A stretch of DNA of 64,000 nucleotides from Alphaproteobacteria bacterium (lineage in GTDB: Bacteria > Pseudomonadota > Alphaproteobacteria > Rhizobiales > JAJFHC01). The stretch lies in assembly GCA_021775805.1 (NCBI GenBank), contig JAJFHD010000017.1, positions 3,142 through 67,141 on the forward strand, in the 5' to 3' direction. Each line of letters begins with the position of its first letter. Positions within the stretch are counted from its first letter, which is position 1. Below are positions 26,694 to 36,320 of this stretch, piece after piece. The position numbers were made by a program, and so were the translations under genes. The notes beneath the pieces are model-generated. The model did not search any database. It was not told the DNA's origin and saw only the letters and a program-made list of their open reading frames with translations.

Positions 26694-28586
26694 TCAAGTA
26701 GCAAGTGCCCGGTCTTCGTCGGACATCTCATCGGGCAGATCATCGAAGCTGGCGTAGTTGAGCTGGTAGAGCTGGGCGTAGAGACCGCCGTGCTCGACTA
26801 GCGCCTCGTGATCGCCTTCTTCGATCAGGCGACCCTGTTGAAGCACGATGATTCGGTCGGCATTACGGATAGTGGCGAGGCGGTGTGCGATGACCAGCCC
26901 GGTGCGTCCCTCCAGCAGCCGTTGCAGCGCTTTCTGGATTTGCATTTCTGTGTAGCTATCGATGTTGGCGGTGGCCTCGTCCAGCACCAGAATTTTCGCA
27001 TCCGCCACCAGCGCGCGGGCAAAGCTTAGAAGCTGGCGTTGCCCAAGGCTCAGGTTGCTGCCACGCTCTTCCAGCATCGTGTCATAACCCTGTGGCAGAG
27101 ACTCGATGAATTCATGAGCCCCAACGACTATGGCGGCTTCGACCACTGCCTTGTCATCGGCCCAGTCGGACGCATAGCGGATGTTGTCCCGCACTGTGCC
27201 GGTGAACAGGTACGGCTCTTGCAAAACCATCGCGATATGACGCCCAAGGCTCTTCTGCGTGACGTCGCGCACGTCGCGCCCGCCAACCAGAACCGCGCCG
27301 GCCTGCACCTCGTAGAACCGGTGTATCAGCGCCATCGAGCTTGATTTGCCGGAGCCTGTCGGACCGACCAGTGCCACCGTCTCACCAGAGTTCACGCGGA
27401 AACTGACGTCCTTGAGCACGGGCTGCTCCGGATTGTAACCGAAAGTCACATTGCGGAACTCGACCGAACCGTCGTCGTCGTCCCCAAGCGACGTCGCATT
27501 GGGGGCGTCTTCGACATCGACATCAACGTCCAAGACCTCTGTCAGCCGATGGCCAGACGCCATGGCGCGTTGCATCACCGAATATTGTATTGTCAGCGAA
27601 CGGATCGGGTCAAAGAACCGCTGTATGTAGAACAGGAAGGCCACCATAACGCCGACTTCGATCCGGCCCGACACCACCATCAGGCCACCGGCCACGGCCA
27701 CCACGGCCATTGCACTGCCGGTTAGCGTGTCAACAATCGGGATCATGATCTGTGCCAGTTTCGAGGCGCGCAGATGGGCCTTGTAAGTGTTGTCGACAAG
27801 CTGGCCATAAAGTTCGGCATTCAGGTTTGCACGGTCCATAGCCTGAACGGCACGGACACCGTGAATCGCCTCGGCCAAGGCGCCGTTGGTGATTGAGTTC
27901 GCCTCATGGGCGGCCATGAAAGCGGCCCGAGCCCGGGTCAGCCACAAGATGCGAACACCGAACAGTATCGGAATGACCATCAGGATCATCATTGCCAGTT
28001 GCCAGTCGAGCCAAAGCATGACAGCTACGATCCCGAACAGGAGCAGCAGGTCGCCTACAGCCAGCACCGAAGTTTCCAGAAATTCCTGCATCGAGTTCAC
28101 ATCGCCTTGCAGGCGCGACATCAGCCGGCCGACCTCGGTTTTGTCCATGAATGAGAGCGACACGCTCTGCAAGTGGCCAAACATTGCGCGCCGAATATCA
28201 AACAGGACATTTTCCGCCATACGGCCGGTCACGACCTCTTGCACATGCGAGGCGATGAAATTTATGACGATAACGATGCCGAACATCGTCAGGATTCCAA
28301 GTAGCACGCTGGGCGACGCATCCAGCGCCATTCCATTGTCGATCGCATAGCGGATCAAGAGCGGGATTGTCAGCTGCGCACCTGTATAGGTCACCACGGC
28401 TGCAACCGAAATCGCCACGTGACGTTTGTAGGGGCGAACGAACTGCCAGATCCGCTGAGCAACCTTGCCATCGAACACCCTTCCGAAGATCTCTTCCTCG
28501 ATGCGGTCCGATCCGACAACGGCGCGCATGCGCGGGCGTTCATCCTCGTGCGGGTCGCGCGGTTCACCGGATCCTGTCGGGCTCAT
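26694..28586 (-). CDS. ABC exporter, fused permease/ATPase half-transporter (MdlB-like)
   Basis: Six-TM N-terminal domain, Walker A GPTGSGKSS, signature LSLGQRQ, Walker B ILVLDEAT. Confidence 0.9.
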   Translation of the reverse strand: MSPTGSGEPRDPHEDERPRMRAVVGSDRIEEEIFGRVFDGKVAQRIWQFVRPYKRHVAISVAAVVTYTGAQLTIPLLIRYAIDNGMALDASPSVLLGILTMFGIVIVINFIASHVQEVVTGRMAENVLFDIRRAMFGHLQSVSLSFMDKTEVGRLMSRLQGDVNSMQEFLETSVLAVGDLLLLFGIVAVMLWLDWQLAMMILMVIPILFGVRILWLTRARAAFMAAHEANSITNGALAEAIHGVRAVQAMDRANLNAELYGQLVDNTYKAHLRASKLAQIMIPIVDTLTGSAMAVVAVAGGLMVVSGRIEVGVMVAFLFYIQRFFDPIRSLTIQYSVMQRAMASGHRLTEVLDVDVDVEDAPNATSLGDDDDGSVEFRNVTFGYNPEQPVLKDVSFRVNSGETVALVGPTGSGKSSSMALIHRFYEVQAGAVLVGGRDVRDVTQKSLGRHIAMVLQEPYLFTGTVRDNIRYASDWADDKAVVEAAIVVGAHEFIESLPQGYDTMLEERGSNLSLGQRQLLSFARALVADAKILVLDEATANIDSYTEMQIQKALQRLLEGRTGLVIAHRLATIRNADRIIVLQQGRLIEEGDHEALVEHGGLYAQLYQLNYASFDDLPDEMSDEDRALAT

Positions 28587-30430
28587 GGCCCAGGTTCCTT
28601 CTTCGTCAGCATTTCGGCAGAGGGACGCATCTGCAAATTGTGCAAGTCGCTGTAGCGCCCTCTCAGCTTCAGTAGTTCTTCGTGGCTGCCCTGTTCAACG
28701 ATCCGCCCGTGTTCCAAAAACAGGATCCTATCGGCGTGCATCAGGCTGGCCAGCCGATGTGCCACGATCAGCGTCACGCGATTTTTGGCATATTCCTTCA
28801 GTGCCGAGCGGATACGTCTTTCCGTCCCGGCATCGATGGCCGCAGTGGAATCGTCGAAAATCAGCACCGCGGGCTCCATCATAAGCGTACGCGCGATCGA
28901 CAGTCGCTGGCGCTGACCGCCGGACAGCGACACACCGCGCTCGCCGACGATCGTGCCGTACTTACCGGGCAAGCCAAGAACATAGTCATGCAGTTGTGCG
29001 GACTCCGCGACACCGCGGATTTGGTACGCCTCGGTGAAAGGATCGGCATAGGCGATGTTGTTTTCGATCGAGGTGGTGAACAAAAAACTGTCCTGCTGGA
29101 CAACAGCCACGGCCTGACGAACCGACGATAGAGTCGCGTCGCGAATGTCCTGCCCGTCGATGCTGATCGATCCGTGCGTCGGGTCGTAAAAGCGGGGGAT
29201 CAGGTGCATCAACGTCGATTTTCCGGAACCGGGCGGACCGACAACGCCGATTGTCTCACCCTTGCGCGCCTCAAAGCTGATGCCAGACAGTACATTGCGG
29301 GCGATGTTTCCGGCATATGCAAAACTTACATTCTCTAGCTTTAGCGTGCCGTCGGTGATCTCCAGATCCCGCGCGCCCGGAGGGTCGTCGACTTCGACTT
29401 CGTGATCGATCAGAGCAAACAGGCGCGACCCACAAGTTGAGGCGCGGGCGTACCCGTTCACCATCATGCCGAGCTGGCGCACTGGCATCTGCAGGATCGT
29501 CATAAAGGTCAGGAAAGTGGCAAGAGTGCCTAGCGTGATCTCGCCTGACGCCACCTTCCGCCCGCCAAAAAACAGAACCAGTCCCATGGCGGCAAAGAAT
29601 GCCAGCGTCATCGCAGAAGTGTTTTTAACCCGTATCTCGATCCTTTCATGGCTGAGTTCCAACGCTGATTTGGACGCGACCTCAAACTTTTCCATTTCGT
29701 GCCCGGATGAGGCAAACGCCCGCACCACACGAATACCGGCCAGGTTTTCTTCCATCACCTGACTAAGAACGCCCAGCCGTTCCTGCAGGACCAGCCAGGT
29801 CCGGCGCAGCGCCAGCCGCATGACTGTGCTGCGCCATCCCGCGAAAGGTACGAATGACAATGCCAGAAGGCCAAGAACCAAGTTGGTCGACAATAACAGG
29901 GTTGCCCCAATCCCAATCAACAACCCCAGCAGCACAGAGCGTACCAGCGCGGTCGAAAAATACATCCGCACGCCTTCCAAATCCAGCATGCCGACCGTGA
30001 TCAGATCACCCGAATGGGTCCGGTCGTGGAATGAAAAAGGCAAGCTCTGGATTTTTTCATAAACGGTATTGCGGATATCGCGCGCCAGCGAATGCCCGAC
30101 AGATTCCGCAGTGTAGTTCTGGATTAGTGTGAATATACCGCGTCCGACGCTTACCAAAAACAACAGCAGTGCAATCCAGTAGAGCGTTTCGGGTTCGGCC
30201 TTTGCCGCAGCCACCGCCTGGGTCTGGTCCACCGCGCGCCCCAGAATTACAGGGATCGACAACTGCATCAGGGCGGCCGCCACGGTTGCCGCCAATGCCA
30301 GCCCGGCCTGGACGGGGTATCGGAATGCCATCCGCGTTATACGTGCCACGGCGTCGAGGCCCTGCTGTCGGTCAACAGAGCTTGTACGACGAAACATCCG
30401 ATTGGAATCAGTCTCGGTACTGGATTGCAT
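28583..30430 (-). CDS. ABC exporter, fused permease/ATPase half-transporter (MdlA-like)
   Basis: Walker A GPPGSGKST, signature LSGGQRQR, Walker B VLIFDDST. A 4-nt ATGA overlap with the downstream partner implies a heterodimer. Confidence 0.9.
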   Translation of the reverse strand: MQSSTETDSNRMFRRTSSVDRQQGLDAVARITRMAFRYPVQAGLALAATVAAALMQLSIPVILGRAVDQTQAVAAAKAEPETLYWIALLLFLVSVGRGIFTLIQNYTAESVGHSLARDIRNTVYEKIQSLPFSFHDRTHSGDLITVGMLDLEGVRMYFSTALVRSVLLGLLIGIGATLLLSTNLVLGLLALSFVPFAGWRSTVMRLALRRTWLVLQERLGVLSQVMEENLAGIRVVRAFASSGHEMEKFEVASKSALELSHERIEIRVKNTSAMTLAFFAAMGLVLFFGGRKVASGEITLGTLATFLTFMTILQMPVRQLGMMVNGYARASTCGSRLFALIDHEVEVDDPPGARDLEITDGTLKLENVSFAYAGNIARNVLSGISFEARKGETIGVVGPPGSGKSTLMHLIPRFYDPTHGSISIDGQDIRDATLSSVRQAVAVVQQDSFLFTTSIENNIAYADPFTEAYQIRGVAESAQLHDYVLGLPGKYGTIVGERGVSLSGGQRQRLSIARTLMMEPAVLIFDDSTAAIDAGTERRIRSALKEYAKNRVTLIVAHRLASLMHADRILFLEHGRIVEQGSHEELLKLRGRYSDLHNLQMRPSAEMLTKKEPGP

Positions 30431-30710
30431 ATTCTTATTCAGTTTTATTGCCGACGCGACTGGACCGTCGCGGTATCTTTAAGCGCCCGACTAATAGTCT
30501 AGTTTCTAAAAGAATGGCAATGTGTGATCGAGCAGTAAGTTCGACGCCGCCCGCGGATATCTAGCCGTCTGCAAAAAGGTTTGAAGGGCCACGAAGGTGC
30601 TGACAGACCAACGCGAACCGGTCTCACGAAAAGACGGCGAGCGAGAAAGCCGGGGGAAGACTGAAAACTCAACAAAAATACCGTTCCAAAATGAGCGCCC
30701 CGGATTTGCT

Positions 30711-30860
30711 TCAACGTTCAAGGTAACACCAAGGCAAAAATTCCTCAATCCTGTTGATCTTGTGATCTGCAATACGGCTCAGCACTTTAGTGAGCCAAAC
30801 CTAGGGATCAACGCCATTAAGCTCAAATGTCTGCTTTTGGGATAAAACAGCCGTAGACTT
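30711..30860 (-). mobile_element. IS66-family transposase C-terminal remnant
   Basis: The minus strand reads [42 protein letters not shown], matching the conserved IS66 Tnp C-terminus (..NGxDPxxWLxxVLxRIxxHxxxRIxELLPWN). It has an in-frame TAG and no upstream body. Confidence 0.7.
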
Positions 30861-30991
30861 CCTGTAACTAATCGGCGTCATGGTTGCGAAGGCGCACAGG
30901 ATTCTCGTCGTCAAAATTCCAATCCACACGTTAAAAACTCCGATATATTACGCCACAGTTAGAACACACAACCTCACACAGGCAGCAAACC

Positions 30992-32044
30992 ATGACCTGG
31001 ACCAACGACAAACTGCACGCCTTGCGCGCCAAATTCGCCGATGACGCTGGCGGCGAGATGCATGATCCGCATTTTCGCGAGGTGGCCTCGTTCATCTTTG
31101 GCGAAGGTGGCCACAGGTCGGCACCCTATGCCGGGCGGTCGACGTTTCTCGATGCACCCGCACGGGAGCTCGACCAGTTGGCCGCCGACACGCCGCAGGT
31201 GGCGATCGTCGTCGTGCCGATGGACCTGGCGGTGACCAACCGCAACGGTTCGCGGTTCGGGCCGCGGGCGATGCGGGCAGTGGAGCGGATCGGGCCTTAC
31301 AACGAAGGGCTTCGGGTGGCGCCGGTGCACGAGATGGACGTGGTCGATGCCGGCGACGTGCCGTTCTCGAGCCGCTTCGACCTTGCGCAGTCGCACACGG
31401 AGATCGAGGCATGCATCTCGACCATAGTCGGGCTGGGCGCGCTGCCGCTTTCGGTCGGCGGCGATCATTCGATCAGCCATCCGATCCTGCGGGCGGTGGG
31501 GGCCGAGCGGCCGGTGGGCCTGGTGCACATTGATGCCCATTGCGACACCGGCGGGCCGTTCGACGGCGAACGCTTCCATCACGGCGGACCCTTCCGCAAT
31601 GCGGTGCTGGACGGGGTGCTCGACCCGGAGCGGACCATCCAGTTGGGGATTCGCGGGTCGACGGAGTTCATCTGGGAGTTTTCCACCCTGTCGGGCATGA
31701 CGGTGGTCCATGCCCACGAGTTCAGCCGGCGCGGTCTCGACGACATCATTGCCCAGACGCTCGACGTGGTGGGCGACGGGTCGACTTATATCTCGTTCGA
31801 TGTGGACAGCCTGGATCCGGCCTTCGCACCGGGCACCGGCACGCCGGAGGCCGCAGGCCTGACCCCGCGTGAAGTCGTCCACCTGCTGCGCGGGCTCAAA
31901 GGCATCGACATTGTCGGCGGCGACGTGGTCGAAGTGGCGCCGGCCTACGACCCGACCACCAACACGGCGATGAACGGGGCACAGGTGCTGTTCGAGATCT
32001 TGAGCCTGATGCGCTTCAGCCCGTCCCTGCCGCGCAAGGGGTAG
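30992..32044 (+). CDS. ureohydrolase (agmatinase / guanidino-acid hydrolase family)
   Basis: Mn-ligand motifs GGDHSIS, HIDAHCD, SFDVDSLDP and GGDVVEVAP. Confidence 0.9.
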   Translation: MTWTNDKLHALRAKFADDAGGEMHDPHFREVASFIFGEGGHRSAPYAGRSTFLDAPARELDQLAADTPQVAIVVVPMDLAVTNRNGSRFGPRAMRAVERIGPYNEGLRVAPVHEMDVVDAGDVPFSSRFDLAQSHTEIEACISTIVGLGALPLSVGGDHSISHPILRAVGAERPVGLVHIDAHCDTGGPFDGERFHHGGPFRNAVLDGVLDPERTIQLGIRGSTEFIWEFSTLSGMTVVHAHEFSRRGLDDIIAQTLDVVGDGSTYISFDVDSLDPAFAPGTGTPEAAGLTPREVVHLLRGLKGIDIVGGDVVEVAPAYDPTTNTAMNGAQVLFEILSLMRFSPSLPRKG

Positions 32045-32084
32045 AGCGGTTGGCCCGCCGCGGCCCGGCGCCAAACCACTTCTC

Positions 32085-32169
32085 GTCACACCGGCGAAGG
32101 CCGGTGTTCAGAACAACCATTGCCAGGCTCTGCGTTGTAGCTCTGGATTGCGGTTTTCACCGCAATGAC
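32085..32169. repeat. bipartite palindromic element (GTCA-hairpin-TYCAG modules in inverted orientation), copy 1
   Basis: Left module GTCACACCGGCGAAGGCCGGTGTTCAG; right module is the reverse complement of GTCATTGCGGTGAAAACCGCAATCCAG. Same architecture at 56868..56954 and 59429..59539. Lies between convergent genes, so it may also terminate. Confidence 0.7.
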
Positions 32170-32235
32170 GCAAGGGGTCACGAAGATGATAGTTTTTGGC
32201 GGGAGGTTCTTGATCCGGCGGCGTCCCGGAGCCCG

Positions 32236-33027
32236 TCATGAATTCAGCAGCATGCCCGACTGGGTGACCGGCAGGCCGAGCTTCAGTTCCTGCAGGATGG
32301 CCCAGAACAGGGCGCCGTCGGAGGCGACCAGCGGCTTGCCGGCGATGCCCTCGACCGCCTCAACCACGGGCAGCGTGCGGAAGCCCGAGCCGGTCTGGAC
32401 GATGGCGTCGGCGTCAGGCGCCGCCTCGTGGGCCAGGATGCAGGCGCGCGCGACATCGGCTGCCGGGTAGTCCCAGTGGGTGGCGGCCTCGACTTCTTTC
32501 ATTTCGTCAAGCGATGAATAGAGGCCCTGGTCGACCAGGTTGCCCGCCGCCAGCACCTCGAAGCCCGCCTGCTCCAGGAACCGGTTGATGCCGGCCTTCC
32601 AGTCTTCCCGGTAGTAACCGTTGGCCACCGTGATGCGTTTGGCGCCGATCGACTTCAGCGCATTGACGATGCACAGGCCGGCCATCAGGAACGGCACGCC
32701 GACGCGCGTCGAGATCTCATCGGTCATGCGTTTGATGTCGTCGGGCGAAGTGCCGCCGGCATGGACCCAGTTGGTGCCGATCTGGCCGACCACATCGCAC
32801 TTGGAGTCCGCAAGCGCCTGGGCTGCCTCCTCCTGGAGATGGAAGTTCTTCGACCGCTGAGCAAGCTCGTATTCGTAGGCCGGAATGTGCAGGACCCGCT
32901 GCATGGCGCCGACCCCTTGGGGCACTACGGTCAGGAACTGCTGGACGACGTCGTCCCAGCAGCTGGGCGTGGTGGTGAAGCCGACCCGGGCCAGGTGTCT
33001 GGGTTTCCAGTGATCGCGGTCTGCCAT
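32236..33027 (-). CDS. Asp/Glu/hydantoin racemase-superfamily protein (maleate isomerase / arylmalonate decarboxylase-like)
   Basis: 263 aa with two pseudo-symmetric halves and family-like GQIGTNW and VQTGSGFRT motifs. ATG at 33027. Confidence 0.7.
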   Translation of the reverse strand: MADRDHWKPRHLARVGFTTTPSCWDDVVQQFLTVVPQGVGAMQRVLHIPAYEYELAQRSKNFHLQEEAAQALADSKCDVVGQIGTNWVHAGGTSPDDIKRMTDEISTRVGVPFLMAGLCIVNALKSIGAKRITVANGYYREDWKAGINRFLEQAGFEVLAAGNLVDQGLYSSLDEMKEVEAATHWDYPAADVARACILAHEAAPDADAIVQTGSGFRTLPVVEAVEGIAGKPLVASDGALFWAILQELKLGLPVTQSGMLLNS

Positions 33028-33185
33028 GGTGTTGACGCTCCGGGGACGTTTGCCAGCCGCAACAGTTTCACCGCGCAACGGCGGCCGCAACTGAAAATTC
33101 TTCACCCCTGGAACAGCCGGGTTTGACCGGCGGCGGGCTTTGGGTATCATCTCAACAGGCTGACGGCATACAGGGAGAATGGACA

Positions 33186-33491
33186 ATGCGCGTTGTGGGG
33201 TTTCTGGGTGCTGCCGTGATCGCAGCGATGATGACGATGGGTCCGGCGATGGCCGGGGAACGCGAGGACATAGAAGCCGCGTGCAAGACGCAAGCGTTCC
33301 TGCCGGGCAGCAGCTGCGGCTGTCTGGCCGACCGGGCGATGAAGGAATTCAACGAGAACCAACGCGGCTGGCTGGTCGCGTCGGTGCAGAAGGACCAGAG
33401 CGAGGCAACCAGGCTGCAGGGGGTCATGAAACCCAATGAACTGGCCCAGCTCGGCATGTTCATGGTCACCGTGCCGCAACAGTGCCAGTAA
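33186..33491 (+). CDS. small secreted Cys-containing hypothetical protein
   Basis: AGGGAGAA RBS, signal peptide MRVVGFLGAAVIAAMMTMGPAMA, four Cys residues. Confidence 0.55.
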   Translation: MRVVGFLGAAVIAAMMTMGPAMAGEREDIEAACKTQAFLPGSSCGCLADRAMKEFNENQRGWLVASVQKDQSEATRLQGVMKPNELAQLGMFMVTVPQQCQ

Positions 33492-33533
33492 CCCCTGGGC
33501 GCTGCCCGGAACCAGACTTGAAGGACACCTGTC

Positions 33534-34787
33534 ATGCTGCCACGCCGGCGCTATCACCCTGACGACCATTTTTCGATCGGGGTGCCGATCAAACACAGCC
33601 ATGGGCTCGCCTGCGGCGAGATGCTGTTCATCGGCGGACAGGTTGATCTCGACGACAACACCCGTCCGACCAGACCAGGCGATCTCCTTGCCCAGACCCG
33701 GATCTGCATGGAGGGCGTGGACCGTGTCCTGACGGGCCTCGAGGCGGAGATGAGCGACCTCGTCAGCCTGAGGGCGTTTTACGTGCTCGATGACGACGGT
33801 GCCGCGAATGGCAACGTCGAGCAACAGATCCTCCAGGCCATGGCGGCGCTGATCCCGGCGGACGGGCGGCCGGGTCCGACGGTCTCGCTGGTGCCGCTCG
33901 ACGGGCTGGTCTACGAGGATATGCTGATTGAGATCGAGGGCATCGCCATGCGCGGCCACAACGGCGAACGGCTGGCACGGACTGCTGCCTGGATCCCCGA
34001 TGGCGCCGCCCTGCCTGCAGCGTTCAGCCAGGCCTTGCGCTGCGGCGAGATGATCTTCACCAGCGCCCAGACGGCGCTTTCCGGCGACGGTAAGGCCGGC
34101 GGCATCGCCTTCCCGCACAAGTTGGCCGACCAGAGCCGGGTCACACTCGGCAAGCTCGACCGGCTGCTGCGCCAGCTCGGTGCCGACCTGCACGATGCCG
34201 TCAAAGCAAATGTGTTCAACGTGGAACCGGGTGTCATGGAAGACTGGAAGACGGCCGCCCTTGCGCGCGCGGGCTTCTACCAGGAACCGGGGCCTGCCGC
34301 CACCGGCATCTCCGTGCGCCGGCTGGCCCACGACGGGCTGATGGTGCGCGCGGATGTCTTTGCCATGCGCGGTCTCGACGGCGCGCGGCTGCACCGCAAG
34401 GGCGTCTGGCCGACCGGACACTGGGACTGGCCGGTTCACCTGCCCTACCGCCACGGGCTGCAGGTCGGCGACATGATCTTTCTCGGCGGCCAGGTTTCGC
34501 TGACGGCCGATGCTGCAGTTATCGATCCGGGCAACATGGCGGCCCAGACCCACACGGCGATGCAGAACATCGACAAGGTGCTGGCCGAACTGGGCCTTGG
34601 GCCCGAGCACATCGTGCGCGTCAACACTTTCTATGCCGGCGCCACGGGGGCTGAGCTTTTTCATGAAAACGTCGCGATCCGGTCCGGCTACTACCGCGAG
34701 CCGTGGCCGGTCTCGACCGGCGTGCCGGTGCCCTATCTCGCCTATGAGGACATGGTGATCGAGATCGACGTCATTGCGATGGTGTAG
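33534..34787 (+). CDS. triple-domain RidA/YjgF/L-PSP family protein (three tandem RidA folds in one chain)
   Basis: Three blocks of about 139 aa each contain G.M.F..GQ..... and end with a (E/D)M.IEI(E/D).IAM-like strand (LIEIEGIAMRG / MVRADVFAMRG / VIEIDVIAMV). Confidence 0.8.
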   Translation: MLPRRRYHPDDHFSIGVPIKHSHGLACGEMLFIGGQVDLDDNTRPTRPGDLLAQTRICMEGVDRVLTGLEAEMSDLVSLRAFYVLDDDGAANGNVEQQILQAMAALIPADGRPGPTVSLVPLDGLVYEDMLIEIEGIAMRGHNGERLARTAAWIPDGAALPAAFSQALRCGEMIFTSAQTALSGDGKAGGIAFPHKLADQSRVTLGKLDRLLRQLGADLHDAVKANVFNVEPGVMEDWKTAALARAGFYQEPGPAATGISVRRLAHDGLMVRADVFAMRGLDGARLHRKGVWPTGHWDWPVHLPYRHGLQVGDMIFLGGQVSLTADAAVIDPGNMAAQTHTAMQNIDKVLAELGLGPEHIVRVNTFYAGATGAELFHENVAIRSGYYREPWPVSTGVPVPYLAYEDMVIEIDVIAMV

Positions 34788-34969
34788 ATCAGATACGGCT
34801 TATACCAACGGTGCCTACTATTGATCCGTTTCATGGGTTATCCTTGCTCATCCGGGCAGGCGCGGCGCGAAGGGCGATACGGTGTATCGGTCGAGCGCCG
34901 CAACGCCCCCGGTGGGCAGGGATAACCCACCGCAGGCCGGACGATTTTGGCCTCCGGGCGCCGTTGGTA

Positions 34970-36112
34970 TTAATGTGGCCTGCCCGAGGCAGATATCGGA
35001 TGATTGCTTTCAGGCGCCGAGGGTGCTGCACCGGGGTCGTCGCCGCTTTCGTCGAGCAGCCTTCTGGCGAGACGCTCTATCATTCGCACCGTCTTGGGGT
35101 CGCGCTGGCGGAAGACCGGGTTGCCGTCCGAATTGAGGGTGCGTTGCGCATCCCATTTCACCACCTGCTCGCGGGTCTGCTTGTCGGCAACCACGAGAAC
35201 AGTCAGACGCCGCAATACAACCGGATCGACGATGGCATCGCCAAAGGTGCCCATCACGCTCGCCAGAATGTGCTCGCAGCAGAACCGCACGCTCAGGAGG
35301 GTTCTGGCCTGGATGTCGGACATCCATTCCGGCGCCGGCCGCCCGAGCATGGAGCGCACGACGATCTGCTGGCCGACCGTGATGCTGCCGGGCTGTCCGC
35401 CGAGCGGCTCCAGGATCTGCCGCAGGCTTTGCCCGCGCCGGGCGGGGGGGCCGGCTTCGCCGGAGACCGCGGTCTGCGGCGCGGCTTTCGCGGACTGATT
35501 GGCGGGTGGTGCCGCCTTGAACGCCTTGTGCACGGATTTTGGCTTGGCGACCTTCTTCACCGCGACCGGTGCCGGCACATCGGCAACCGGCGGCCAGGTG
35601 CGCGAGGCGTCCAGGGGGTCGGCTGCGCCGGTCACGGCGGTCTCGCGGGGCTTCGGTTTTTCCATCGGAAGCGGGCGTTCCTGTGTGCCGGGCCGCGGTA
35701 CCTCGCGCCGCTGCGCTTCGCGCCGGAGTTTCTCGGCCGCAGGAACGACAAAGGAGAAGCGGTTCGCGCCGGCCTTGCTTTTTGCCTGCCGGGGATCCTT
35801 CTTCCTGGGCTTCGGGCGTTCTGCGGCCTTCGGATTCGGGCGATGGGCAACGTTGACGTCGTGGCCGAGGTCGCCGGGATCCTTGAAACGTACGCGCGAC
35901 AGCCCATCCGGATCCTGAGACAACCCCGCCGGTTCCCGCCGCCCGTCGGCTGCAAAACCGGGTTCGGAAAAGGCCGGGTCCCGGAATTCGGCGGAAGCCC
36001 GGCTGGAAGATTCCACCGGACCGCGCCAGCGATAACGCCACCACATGGCCGCGCCCCACAGGAGCACCGCGACCAGACATGCCAAAAACCCAACGAAAAT
36101 TGTCGTACTCAT
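34970..36112 (-). CDS. membrane-anchored Pro/Lys/Ala-rich protein with a conserved-looking C-terminal globular domain, hypothetical
   Basis: N-terminal TM helix (MSTTIFVGFLACLVAVLLWGAAMWW). Codons show strong GC3 in this frame (CTG AGC GTG CGG TTC TGC TGC GAG CAC..). Two other long overlapping ORFs are treated as shadows. Confidence 0.6.
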   Translation of the reverse strand: MSTTIFVGFLACLVAVLLWGAAMWWRYRWRGPVESSSRASAEFRDPAFSEPGFAADGRREPAGLSQDPDGLSRVRFKDPGDLGHDVNVAHRPNPKAAERPKPRKKDPRQAKSKAGANRFSFVVPAAEKLRREAQRREVPRPGTQERPLPMEKPKPRETAVTGAADPLDASRTWPPVADVPAPVAVKKVAKPKSVHKAFKAAPPANQSAKAAPQTAVSGEAGPPARRGQSLRQILEPLGGQPGSITVGQQIVVRSMLGRPAPEWMSDIQARTLLSVRFCCEHILASVMGTFGDAIVDPVVLRRLTVLVVADKQTREQVVKWDAQRTLNSDGNPVFRQRDPKTVRMIERLARRLLDESGDDPGAAPSAPESNHPISASGRPH

Positions 36113-36320
36113 ACCTTGTCCCGACGTCACCCCCGCGAAAGGCCAACCCATGCGCCGCTGTCCCATTGTACTATAGCGCGCGCGAACCGTGAAGGCCGGG
36201 GAGCGGAGATCGGCAACATGGTTAATTTCGGTTAATCATACCCACGGTGCCCGGCGGCAACCGGTCCGGCAACAAACGGCGCTTCGATGGGCCTCGACCC
36301 TTGATTTAGCGGCGTGGCGT

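Noticed and set aside
33147-34664. 505-aa ORF antisense to the triple-RidA gene
   Set aside because: Shadow ORF with Arg/Gly/His-rich composition. The plus strand shows three RidA domains.
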